From Candidatus Thorarchaeota archaeon (GTDB lineage Archaea; Asgardarchaeota; Thorarchaeia; Thorarchaeales; Thorarchaeaceae), in assembly GCA_048884965.1 (NCBI GenBank), contig JBHLQH010000005.1:110157-174156 (forward strand): 64,000 nucleotides of DNA. The letters are read 5' to 3'. The notes beneath the pieces are model-generated. The model was not told the origin of the DNA. It ran no database searches and saw only the letters and a list, made by a program, of their open reading frames with translations. Both the position numbers and the translations under genes were made by a program. Shown piece after piece: positions 38,464-47,892 of the stretch (its first letter is position 1; each line of letters opens with the position of its first letter).

Positions 38464-39561
38464 TTGGTAAACTCAGATGCCACAATTTACTTTGCAATGC
38501 TTATCGACTTTCCTACCGAATTTGGAAGCAACCTTGCAGCTTCCCTTCCATTTGTGTTGCCCCTGTTATTTGGGGCTATTCTACTATTGCTCTATCAGAG
38601 ATATCTTCCTCCCAAGGAAACACGAAGAAGTGTGATTATCTTTATTGGATTAGTAGGACTTATTGGAGCCTTCATCTTGATATTATACTCAGGTTTTGGC
38701 TTTACTTTTGGATCATATGATTTGTTTGTGGCAATCCTCCAACGAGTCTCTCACATGTTGTTCACCTATTCTATTGTATATTTCATGGTATATCTGGTTG
38801 GCACGATTCTCATTTTTGCTTTCATGGCCAGATATGTCATCACTCCTCCTGACCCTGATTTCACAGCAATGCGAAGTCAGTTGAAGGATTTGACTGATAC
38901 ATCTGAGAGCATTATGAAGCAAAAGAAAGAACTAGAAGCAGAGAACAAACGTCTGAGTGAATTTCTGAAGGATAAAGAGGAAACACTTGAAGTTCTTCAA
39001 TCTGAGCTGGAAGGATTGAAGGTTTCAGTAGGAGCGCGGGAATCATCCCTTGCTGAGATGGAATCAAAACTCCGAGAATCTCCTTCAGATGAAACAGCAG
39101 AGCAAGAACTCTTGGAAACGATCTCCAAGAAAGATGAAACCATTAGTCGACTACAATCAGAACTTGCAGACCTTCAACTCATTATGAACGGATCTGGAAC
39201 TCCAGCTGCACAGGTGGTTTCCACACCTCACGACTCAGAGAAGATTGAAGAGTTAGAGGCAAAGCTTACAGCTCTAACTTCGCGAATAGAAGATTATGCC
39301 CGAAGAGCTGAGACCGCAACTGAAGTATCTGACAGTGTCATTTCAGATCTTGCAGAATTGATCTCCCAAGTCGGAGCGAGTGGACTTGAACCCCCGATAA
39401 AGAAGACCCTCACTAGTTTGATTGAAGGTCTTGGACGTTCCATGGGCAGGATAATTGGCAAACCTGCAGAGAAGGATGATGCTCCGAAAATTGAGCTCAT
39501 TGGGGCAGTGATGATGGTGCATGAGGTTGTCGATAGTATAAAGAAGATGACACGAAAATAA
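38464..39561 (+). CDS. Membrane protein with long cytoplasmic coiled coil
   Basis: 3-4 N-terminal TM segments, then about 150 aa of heptad repeats. Confidence 0.8.
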   Translation: MVNSDATIYFAMLIDFPTEFGSNLAASLPFVLPLLFGAILLLLYQRYLPPKETRRSVIIFIGLVGLIGAFILILYSGFGFTFGSYDLFVAILQRVSHMLFTYSIVYFMVYLVGTILIFAFMARYVITPPDPDFTAMRSQLKDLTDTSESIMKQKKELEAENKRLSEFLKDKEETLEVLQSELEGLKVSVGARESSLAEMESKLRESPSDETAEQELLETISKKDETISRLQSELADLQLIMNGSGTPAAQVVSTPHDSEKIEELEAKLTALTSRIEDYARRAETATEVSDSVISDLAELISQVGASGLEPPIKKTLTSLIEGLGRSMGRIIGKPAEKDDAPKIELIGAVMMVHEVVDSIKKMTRK

Positions 39562-39779
39562 TACCTTCCTGTCTGTCGATTAGACCAAACAATTGTTACC
39601 TAAAATTAGTATCTATAGAGCAATATGGGAATTATTAGACTTTATTAAGAGCACTTATAACAACCTTATTCTCAAATGAGGCACTGATAATCCTCCATGT
39701 TAACATTGGGAATCTGATAACGGTTTACTCATGAATGGATAGGCACAATCCTTAATAGTGGCTATTCATTGCCTCGTAG

Positions 39780-39944
39780 TTAATCACGCAAGATGTAGAG
39801 AACGCGGAATGAGGAGATGTGTTTGCCTGCCCGACGGGGCGGCGTTCTCGGCAAACACTGGTTTATTGCACTCAGAGCATGTCTTAGTCGACTCGTGCTC
39901 TGATAACTCTGTTCTCTATTGAAGAGTGAGGAGAAAGAGAAAAA
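39780..39944 (+). ncRNA. Candidate structured 5' leader RNA (pseudoknot plus hairpins)
   Basis: gagaacgc/gcgttctc, gtgtttgcc/ggcaaacac, gccc/gggc and tcagagcatg/cgtgctctga pairings; TATA-like cttaatag at about 39751. Confidence 0.45.
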
Positions 39945-42900
39945 ATGAGCTTATCAAATAAATCGGCAGTTCTGCTATTTATTGCCGTCTTGACACTTTC
40001 AGTGTTCATGACGCCTTCAGGCCCAGTGGCCACAGAACTCGCAAGCTCACCAGCCCTATCTCCAGCTACACAAGAGCAAATCAATGATTGGTACGAAACC
40101 GTGGCACAGCCAGGTTTCCGCCCAGAGATTGATGCAGCTCTTGCTGAGTGGATGGAGACAGGTAAGGTCGCCGATGAATTAGTCACAACTCAGAAAGGTG
40201 TTAGCGCACTTGTTGTCGTTACGCCTGGAGCTGATATGGCTGCCATCCGTGCAGTTGTTGATGTTGACTATTTCGTCAATCTGAACTATTTCAAGACCCT
40301 TAAGGTCACAATGAATAGTCCAGAGGCACTAGCTAAGCTTGCTGAAATCGAAGGTGTTGGCATAATTGATGCAGATACCTGGCGCTTTCCAATTGGCGAT
40401 GATCTCGTAAAAGAGCTCGATATCGCTCCAACCATTCCTAGTGATGGAGTTGATATGGAAGCCATCTACGATATCGTCGGTGCAAGTGATGCTTCAGTGA
40501 CTGAAACCGGTCTTGGTATAACAGTCGGTCATGTAGACACTGGTGCAGACTTTGGAAACCCAGAGCTACAATCATCATATAACACTGGTTCCTACGATCC
40601 AACTGGTGAAGGTTTGACCCCCATGTGGTACTATGCAAACTCAACAAATGTTGCAAACGCTACTGCATGGCTTGAAGATGGTAACCTTCTAACCTACGTC
40701 GATGGCGGAAAAGTGATGTTGAACGTCACTGGTTGGGATCCACTCCTGAACATGTATGGTAGCGTTCGTTACCTATATGGTGATGGTGGATACACCTCAA
40801 GTGGGGCAATCAATCCCTACAACGATCGTGTTGGATTCATCTGGTTATATGCATGGGCTTGGGGTATTCAAATCAATGATACTTGGCTAGAGTCAACCAT
40901 GGTGGACTGGGAACTACCAACAAACAACACTGGTGGATTTACCATTCAGGGTGATTACCAGCTTAACTGGGTATTCCAGCAACACAATGGTCCATACGCA
41001 AAGATATTCGCTCCCGCAATGGTGTGGAATGACACATCAACTGATGAGTATAAAATGGCCATCAACTGGGAAGATACTGATGCTTGGAACTGGCTTTGGA
41101 CAGGTGGATTCTACTACGAAACCCTAAACATGTCTCATCCCTCCGCAGGTGACCTTGGTGCCATCTATAACAAGTTCGACTGGAACTTTACAGATGACGT
41201 TGCCGGTGGTGAATGGTATGACATGTCATCAGCAGCAAAGGCTATCGTTGCACATGACTATAATGGTGATGGCATCGATGACTTCAGCCTCGGTGCACTA
41301 TCTTGGTGTTACGATGCTTTCGAGTTTGGTGATGACCCAATGTTCTTTGGTTTCAGTGAGAGTGGTGACTTCAGTCTCTACTGGGACGATGGCAGCCACG
41401 GTACTGCAACAGCAGCACACGTAGCAGCTGATGGTCTATACGAATACGAAGATCCAAACAGTGGAACAACCTTTGAAATGAAGGGTATCGCACCTGATGC
41501 TGATATCATCTCAGTCAGAGCCCTCTCTGGTGCTTCTGATTACTTTAGCTACATTTGGTGTGCTGGATTCTCAATGACAAACGAGACATCTGGTGAGTTC
41601 ACCTTTGATGGTGAGCACATGGCAGACCTCGTGACCAACTCTTGGGGTTGGATTACTGAGCCCGCCAGTCAGATGAACTACTTGGCATTCACTTGGGAGA
41701 TCTTGGCAACTCCTGGTATCCTCGATGGTTCCTATCCTGGAGTACTACATGTATTCTCAGCAGGTAACGAGGGTGAAGGTTACATGACCATTGGTCCTCC
41801 TGGTGCCGCTACAGCAATCTTGTCAGTTGGTGCTTCAACAGCAAGCGACTGGCTATCATACCTATATGGTGATACTCCCGCGACACCCTACGAGGGTATC
41901 GCAAGCTTCAGCAGCAAGGGTCCAAGCTTCACTGGCTATCCAAAGCCCGATGTTCTTGCTCCAGGTCTAGCTGACTACAGCGCAATTCCATGGTTCTACC
42001 TATACTATGCTCCAGCATGGAACGGTGGTCCCTATGGCGACGAATTTGAAACCGGTGTCAATGTAACACTGTTCAGTGGCACAAGCCAAGCAGCTCCCGT
42101 TGCAGCTGGTGTAATCGCACTAGCAATGGAGGCTATGGGCTTTGACTCCAGCAATGACGATGATCCATTTGTGGTCAAGATGATGATTCAGCACACTGCT
42201 GAGGATCTTGGTTACGATCCAGCCACACAAGGCTTTGGTCGAATCAGTATCGTCAACTTCATTGACTTCTACGAGAACGGTGGCTACTACGGTGGTACAC
42301 TCGATTCAGCCATGAACTATGCTGACTTCATTGGTGACTCATGGGCATACTGGGGTCTACTTCCAGGAACCTACATGCCAGTGGATGTCAACAGCTCGGC
42401 AGTCGCATTCCCAGATGACAACTACGATGGTGCAATCTTCTTCGGACAAGTGTTCCAAGATGATGTTGTAACTATCAACTACGAGATTTGGGATGAGCTA
42501 GGCACACTAGAAATTGCTGATTGGAGTGGTGTTTCTGATGCATACAAATACGTAGAGGGTGATACATTCACCTTCACTGGAACAACCTACTCATACAATG
42601 ACACAGTCGTTTACGATTGGCCCGAATGCCAGATGTACGGCTGGTTCAACATCTCAGATGAGCTAGGCACAGACTATGCAACCCTCATGGGTCACGATAT
42701 GGTTTCGATCATTGTCGGATTCGATGCAGGTGATGTAGCCGGTGACGAGCCATGGATGTTCCTCTATGAGTGGACTGATTCCAACAGCGATGGAAAGCCA
42801 AACCTGTACAATGCTACAACTGGGTACGGTGATGAACTCGACCGACTCACAAGCGCAGGTAACCCAAGCAATGTCAACTTCATGGTATGGGCTGGTGACA

Positions 42901-44687
42901 TGAGCATTGAGAATATGACTCTCGTTATCCACGATCCAATTCATGATGTCAACATGACTGCTCCAGGAAATGACTTCACAGTCACCATGATTGGTTGGGA
43001 CCTGACTCTAGACACAGACATTACCTTTGCTGACAATGGTGTTGATGCAACTACAACAGTGAATGTTACCCTGACTGTACCATCTGATGCTGATGCCGGT
43101 ATTCACACTGGTTTCATCGACTTCGATGGTTATATGTGGGTACCATACACATACACAGTTGTCTACAACATCACTGCTGATGCAGGTGCTGTCAACACAG
43201 TCTTCGATGGATTCGGCGCAGAGCTTGAGCCATACGATAATACCCTATACGGATGCATGTACGAGGATCCAGACGCTTGGGACTTCAGAAGCTACGTAGT
43301 CTACAACCCATATGAAGACGCTACCTACCTAGGTCTGCGTGCTGAATGGGAGGACGAAGGCAATGACCTATTCATCCAAGTCTATGACGCGGAGAATGGT
43401 GACATCGCAACCAGCTCAGCTGAAACAGCCACAAGCACTGCACTCCTTGGAGAGATTGATGGCAAGGGTTACTACTACATATTAGTACACCCACTAGCCT
43501 TGAATGGAACCGTTACATTGCCTGCTAACTTCACGCTAGAAGCAATGGTTTACGACGATTTGACTGACCAGCCCGTTATTCTGAGCTACACCTCAGATGA
43601 CAGGGGCGACTTCACAACTGTCTTAAATGGTGATACCGTTTGGGGTGACCACGCAGTCCTTAATGCATCATACCCAGCATTCAACCTACCAAATATGCCT
43701 GAGTTTGAGATTACAAGCGTCCGACTCGGATTCTTGTCAGGCGTCTTTTCGCAACACACTGGTGATCTAGTCATACCATCCGCATCATACGATCCGTTCT
43801 CCGGTACCGTTGATCTGACCCAATTCGCTTGGGACTATATCGATGGCATCGTTGTAGGTGATACAGTAGACATTACTGTTGACTTCACGAACGGTGACTG
43901 TGACATCATGGTTTGGTGGGCTGACACTGACAACACAACTTGGTCCTACGGTAACAACCTAGTAGCAGATCAGATGGCAACTGGTGCCCATCCTGAGGAA
44001 GGCTCATTCACAGCCGCCCGCAGTGGCAGAATTGCTGTCGGTATCTTCGACTACGACCTTGGAGCCGGCCAGTGGGAGGTAACTGTTGATACCCGTGTTG
44101 GTGTCTACGAATCCGCTACTGGTGGCGAGGTTACCTATGATACCTACGACCTTGAGAGGAATGGTACCTTCTCTGTCCAGCTTGTCGCAACAACTGCAAC
44201 TAACATCGGATTCGAAGTTAACTTGGCAGGTGTAACCTTCCAGAACTACTTCAGTCCATACTTCCAGACAGTTGATGTGACTGGTGCTGGTGCAGTCAAG
44301 ACCATTGAGTGGACCTTCACAGATCTGAACGCTGGAGATGACCACGAATTTGAGGTGCTCCTATCAGGCGATGGCGGTGATACCTACCAGCTCATAGCCA
44401 CCGGTATTGAGGATCTTGAGTTCGATTGGGACTCTACAGGCTTCACTGCGAAGAACTACCAAGTGTTGGTCAGGGTAACTGACTCCTACGATTTGACAGA
44501 CGAGATTGAGTCTGATCCATTCGCAGCAGGAACAGTAACTGTTACGACGCCAACGACAACAACCGATACAGGTCCAACTACTCCTCCACCTCCGCCACCA
44601 GACATCCTCCTATGGATAGGTCTGATCGGTGGAATTGGTGTTGGTGTCGTTGTGATACTGATACTCTTCTTAGTCAAGAAGAAGTAG
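39945..44687 (+). CDS. Very large (1580 aa) cell-surface S8 subtilase (pyrolysin/STABLE-like)
   Basis: HVDTG, HGT, SAGN, GTSQAAP; many NxS/T sequons; Thr/Pro linker, TM and KKK. Confidence 0.93.
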   Translation: MSLSNKSAVLLFIAVLTLSVFMTPSGPVATELASSPALSPATQEQINDWYETVAQPGFRPEIDAALAEWMETGKVADELVTTQKGVSALVVVTPGADMAAIRAVVDVDYFVNLNYFKTLKVTMNSPEALAKLAEIEGVGIIDADTWRFPIGDDLVKELDIAPTIPSDGVDMEAIYDIVGASDASVTETGLGITVGHVDTGADFGNPELQSSYNTGSYDPTGEGLTPMWYYANSTNVANATAWLEDGNLLTYVDGGKVMLNVTGWDPLLNMYGSVRYLYGDGGYTSSGAINPYNDRVGFIWLYAWAWGIQINDTWLESTMVDWELPTNNTGGFTIQGDYQLNWVFQQHNGPYAKIFAPAMVWNDTSTDEYKMAINWEDTDAWNWLWTGGFYYETLNMSHPSAGDLGAIYNKFDWNFTDDVAGGEWYDMSSAAKAIVAHDYNGDGIDDFSLGALSWCYDAFEFGDDPMFFGFSESGDFSLYWDDGSHGTATAAHVAADGLYEYEDPNSGTTFEMKGIAPDADIISVRALSGASDYFSYIWCAGFSMTNETSGEFTFDGEHMADLVTNSWGWITEPASQMNYLAFTWEILATPGILDGSYPGVLHVFSAGNEGEGYMTIGPPGAATAILSVGASTASDWLSYLYGDTPATPYEGIASFSSKGPSFTGYPKPDVLAPGLADYSAIPWFYLYYAPAWNGGPYGDEFETGVNVTLFSGTSQAAPVAAGVIALAMEAMGFDSSNDDDPFVVKMMIQHTAEDLGYDPATQGFGRISIVNFIDFYENGGYYGGTLDSAMNYADFIGDSWAYWGLLPGTYMPVDVNSSAVAFPDDNYDGAIFFGQVFQDDVVTINYEIWDELGTLEIADWSGVSDAYKYVEGDTFTFTGTTYSYNDTVVYDWPECQMYGWFNISDELGTDYATLMGHDMVSIIVGFDAGDVAGDEPWMFLYEWTDSNSDGKPNLYNATTGYGDELDRLTSAGNPSNVNFMVWAGDMSIENMTLVIHDPIHDVNMTAPGNDFTVTMIGWDLTLDTDITFADNGVDATTTVNVTLTVPSDADAGIHTGFIDFDGYMWVPYTYTVVYNITADAGAVNTVFDGFGAELEPYDNTLYGCMYEDPDAWDFRSYVVYNPYEDATYLGLRAEWEDEGNDLFIQVYDAENGDIATSSAETATSTALLGEIDGKGYYYILVHPLALNGTVTLPANFTLEAMVYDDLTDQPVILSYTSDDRGDFTTVLNGDTVWGDHAVLNASYPAFNLPNMPEFEITSVRLGFLSGVFSQHTGDLVIPSASYDPFSGTVDLTQFAWDYIDGIVVGDTVDITVDFTNGDCDIMVWWADTDNTTWSYGNNLVADQMATGAHPEEGSFTAARSGRIAVGIFDYDLGAGQWEVTVDTRVGVYESATGGEVTYDTYDLERNGTFSVQLVATTATNIGFEVNLAGVTFQNYFSPYFQTVDVTGAGAVKTIEWTFTDLNAGDDHEFEVLLSGDGGDTYQLIATGIEDLEFDWDSTGFTAKNYQVLVRVTDSYDLTDEIESDPFAAGTVTVTTPTTTTDTGPTTPPPPPPDILLWIGLIGGIGVGVVVILILFLVKKK

Positions 44688-44702
44688 GTTGTATAGTTTA
44701 AT

Positions 44703-44738
44703 GGGGACTTTTTTGTCCCCTCCCCCCTTTCTTTTTTC
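44703..44738 (+). terminator. Hairpin plus T-rich terminator
   Basis: ggggac-tttttt-gtcccc followed by tccccccttt cttttttc. Confidence 0.65.
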
Positions 44739-44785
44739 ATTTCAATTCTGCGAGTATAATTGAGGATTGAATTCCCCGTAGTAAC

Positions 44786-45772
44786 TCACATCAGAACATC
44801 AGCATTCACGATATTAGGTGGTCTCTGTCCATTCAATCCCGCTACAAGATTCTCTATTGCAATATCAGCCATTCTTGTCCTTGTAGCTATTGTTGCACTA
44901 CCAATATGTGGGAGAAGAACCACATTCTCTAATTCTAGTAATTCATTTGCTCTCTGTACAGGTTCGATCTCAAACACATCTAGCCCTGCTGAGCGGATTC
45001 TTCTCTCTCGAAGAGCTTCAATCAAATCTCTCTCGATCACTACTCGCCCTCTTGATGTGTTGATTAGAATGGCCGTTGGCTTCATTCGCGACAACTCATT
45101 CTTCCCTATCATTCCATCAGTTTCCTCTGTGAGCGGGACATGTATTGAGATAATGTCAGATTCAGTAAGAAGAGTGTCAAGATCAACTCGTTTGGCTCCA
45201 AGGTTGACTTCTGCTGAGTGCGTAATATCGTTTGAAGACCGTGAATGGTAGAGAATCTTCATGTCAAATCCAGTTGCCCTTTTTGCTACTGCATATCCAA
45301 TTCTACCCATACCAATAATTCCCAAAGTCGCATTGAAGATGTCAACACCAAGCAGCATTTCTGGTCCCCAAGCCACCTTCCACATTCCTTTTCGGACATA
45401 GGAATCTGATTCTACAATCCTTCTTGCGCATGAAAGTATCAATGCCCACGAAAGATCTGCTGTGGTTTCAGTAAGAACACCTGGCGTGTTGGTCACTATT
45501 ATCCCCTTTGCTGATGCTGTGTCAATATCGATATTGTTGTATCCTACAGCGTACTGGGCGATTATCTCGAGATTAGGCAGAGACTCGATTAATTCTCCAT
45601 TGATATCATCTGAGAGAAGGGTGACCAGTCCTGAACAATTTGAGGCTCTATCAATGATATCATCTCGTGTTGGCGGGATTTCTTCATCCCATACATCAAC
45701 CTCGCAGATGCCATCCAATTTACTGATTGCCGTCCCTGGCAACCTTCTAGTAATAAAGACCTTCTTCTTCAT
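44786..45772 (-). CDS. gyaR: Glyoxylate reductase / D-2-hydroxyacid dehydrogenase
   Basis: AQYAVGYNNID, NTPGVLTETTAD, GMGRIG, NTSRG, LDVFE.EP, PHIGSAT. Confidence 0.9.
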   Translation of the reverse strand: MKKKVFITRRLPGTAISKLDGICEVDVWDEEIPPTRDDIIDRASNCSGLVTLLSDDINGELIESLPNLEIIAQYAVGYNNIDIDTASAKGIIVTNTPGVLTETTADLSWALILSCARRIVESDSYVRKGMWKVAWGPEMLLGVDIFNATLGIIGMGRIGYAVAKRATGFDMKILYHSRSSNDITHSAEVNLGAKRVDLDTLLTESDIISIHVPLTEETDGMIGKNELSRMKPTAILINTSRGRVVIERDLIEALRERRIRSAGLDVFEIEPVQRANELLELENVVLLPHIGSATIATRTRMADIAIENLVAGLNGQRPPNIVNADVLM

Positions 45773-45957
45773 CTTAGTGACCTATTCTCCATTTCCGCTA
45801 CACTAGAATAAGGATTCCGGACAAGCTCTATTCTCCCAAATGAGAGTAGATACTCAAAATTGCTATTCTATGCGGTGAACCGTTCCCTTATATTATGATT
45901 CGAGTAATAGAATCGAGTCCGAAAGGACAATTACGGTAACGGGTGAATACGGTGAAG

Positions 45958-46227
45958 ATGTCCAGCTTTGAGCTTCCACGTAGTGCAATAATTGTGTTGG
46001 ATCGACTACAGCATGAAGGTCCAATGACACCGAAGGACATCAGTAGCAAAGTCGATCTTGCTCCCCGTACAGTGTCTTTCGCATTGAGGAAGTTAATGGG
46101 TCAAAACCTGTGCAGGAAGATTCCAAACCTTAGTGATATGCGTCAGCCTTTGTATCAAGCTGATGGTGAGCGCGCAAGGGAACTCCGCATGAAGTACGAG
46201 CATGTTTTCAGACAGGTGCTAATGTAG
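45958..46227 (+). CDS. Small winged-HTH (MarR-like) regulator
   Basis: GPMTPKDI...LAPRTVSFALRKL...DMRQPLY. Confidence 0.85.
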   Translation: MSSFELPRSAIIVLDRLQHEGPMTPKDISSKVDLAPRTVSFALRKLMGQNLCRKIPNLSDMRQPLYQADGERARELRMKYEHVFRQVLM

Positions 46228-46230
46228 CTT

Positions 46231-46268
46231 AATGGAACGACATATCTGTCGCTTCCATTTCTCCTTTT
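46231..46268 (+). terminator. Hairpin plus pyrimidine tract
   Basis: aatggaa-cgaca...tgtcg-c-ttccatt followed by tctcctttt. Confidence 0.5.
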
Positions 46269-46321
46269 ATGGCCGTCAAAGTTAAAGGGTATGCAATCTT
46301 GTGCATATAATGTGAGAAGAG

Positions 46322-46507
46322 ATGGCGCACGAAGGATATGCTCTTGTGATGATATGCCTTGGAGTGATTCTTCTCGTAGGTTATCTGTTGGGCCCTCGGA
46401 ATGAGGTTCGGAAGGTGAAACGCTTGGAGGGTATGGTTATGTTAGTTCCTACAGGTGCGTTGCTAGTCATTCTTGCATTGATAGTCTTCTCAGGCATAAT
46501 TGGCTAG
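46322..46507 (+). CDS. Small two-TM membrane protein
   Basis: 61 aa; two hydrophobic helices with a basic loop. Confidence 0.7.
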   Translation: MAHEGYALVMICLGVILLVGYLLGPRNEVRKVKRLEGMVMLVPTGALLVILALIVFSGIIG

Positions 46508-47484
46508 GAATCACTAAAATCCATCTTGATGAGCTTTAGTAGAATTGCCAAAGAAATGATGTCAGCAGTCGTTCCAGGATTTAGTCGATTTCCATCAGAT
46601 CTCAGAATACCATCAAGGTCTGCTAATAGCGATGAAATTTCACCTACCTCCTGAGTTGACTCAACAATTTTCTGAGCATAGGATTGGATTTCCTTCGCTT
46701 TATCTAGTCCCACCTTTTTTATTATTAGGCCATCTGGCTGTTTAGACAGTAACCAGAGAAATGTTCGTACGATTCCTTCCTCTAGGTCTTCAAGATCATC
46801 GGATATCCTATCCAGATAGGGATAGACCTCATTGAGAGTCATCTGGAAATAGCTGGACCACTCTTTTGATAAAGACTCTACTTCTGATGAGAGGTTGAAG
46901 AGCTGTTTCAAGGTCACATTGTCTCTTTCTATGTTCTTCATGACATGAGGATTATTGATATCATATCTCTCATGAATCTCACTCCATGTCTGCACTTCTC
47001 TATTCATATCGCCTCCTGGATTTGCCAGATGAAAGGCTTTGTAGACATTTAGAGTGTCAACAATTGTTGAGCTATCGATGATAATCCTAACCCATTTTTT
47101 CAGTGTTGGGATTGAGAGTTTTCCCATTTCCTGAATTGTCGCAGATGCTCCAACAACGATGGGAATATACAGCAGGATTGTTCCTAGAATGGTGTTCCTT
47201 CTATTTAGTCCTCCAAATACATCTTCTGAGCATTCAAGAATCAATTCTCCCAAGCCTACTTCTTGAGGTGTTATTTCTTGTAATGCTAGCTTCACACCTC
47301 TCTCAGAGGAAATGTAGAGGCCATGACCAAGTAGAGCAGCGCTTGCGAGGAAGTGTCGATAGCCAGTATCAGAAAATGCTCTAAGCCGATTCACATTACC
47401 TGGCTTGGGAGAGCTGACCTCAAGCAGTACAGATAACTGTGATAGGCTGGCAATCCTCCAAGCTATATCTGACATATTGTCCAC
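46504..47484 (-). CDS. citG: CitG family triphosphoribosyl-dephospho-CoA synthase-like protein
   Basis: LEVSSPKPGNV, NTILG, PDGLI.KK.G, NPGTTAD. Confidence 0.85.
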   Translation of the reverse strand: MDNMSDIAWRIASLSQLSVLLEVSSPKPGNVNRLRAFSDTGYRHFLASAALLGHGLYISSERGVKLALQEITPQEVGLGELILECSEDVFGGLNRRNTILGTILLYIPIVVGASATIQEMGKLSIPTLKKWVRIIIDSSTIVDTLNVYKAFHLANPGGDMNREVQTWSEIHERYDINNPHVMKNIERDNVTLKQLFNLSSEVESLSKEWSSYFQMTLNEVYPYLDRISDDLEDLEEGIVRTFLWLLSKQPDGLIIKKVGLDKAKEIQSYAQKIVESTQEVGEISSLLADLDGILRSDGNRLNPGTTADIISLAILLKLIKMDFSDS

Positions 47485-47538
47485 GTACCTGTACTCTCCT
47501 TATCAAGTTCGTGGATAGAAAAAAGGATATTTGGAAGG

Positions 47539-47892
47539 ATGGTTATTCTTGGTCCGATCACAATGAGCATTCCTGCAAAGATTACATTTTCCCAAATTGG
47601 CATCTTCGTTTCGATAATATCGTATCTCGCAGTTCGAGGATTCTTCGTTGTGTTAAATATTGGACTGCTGTGGACACAAGCTGGCGGATTCCTAAGCATT
47701 GCATTTCCAATCATCCCTGTGATTGTCCTCGGTTTTACAGCATGCGTGGTATCCTATGGGTATTCCTACCTAGGTCTCTGGCTCATGGATAATGATCAGT
47801 ATTTTCTGGGCGTATTCTTTGTTCTGCTTGGAGTTATCCTAGTTCCTGGAGGAATTGGCGTCTATTCATGGTTCGCATTTCCGTTACTCTAG
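47539..47892 (+). CDS. Small membrane protein (3 TM)
   Basis: Hydrophobic 117-aa ORF in the gap. Confidence 0.55.
   Translation: MVILGPITMSIPAKITFSQIGIFVSIISYLAVRGFFVVLNIGLLWTQAGGFLSIAFPIIPVIVLGFTACVVSYGYSYLGLWLMDNDQYFLGVFFVLLGVILVPGGIGVYSWFAFPLL

Noticed and set aside
39798-39870. HDV-like ribozyme or fluoride riboswitch assignment
   Set aside because: The helix order partly resembles HDV P1/P2/P3, but I could not place a convincing P1.1, P4 and catalytic-C junction, and the fluoride riboswitch consensus is absent. Left as an unclassified structure.
44760-45251. 163-aa plus-strand ORF and other long antisense ORFs (e.g. 57857-58426, 63216-63752, 49564-49980)
   Set aside because: They lie antisense to well-supported conserved genes and have no motifs of their own.
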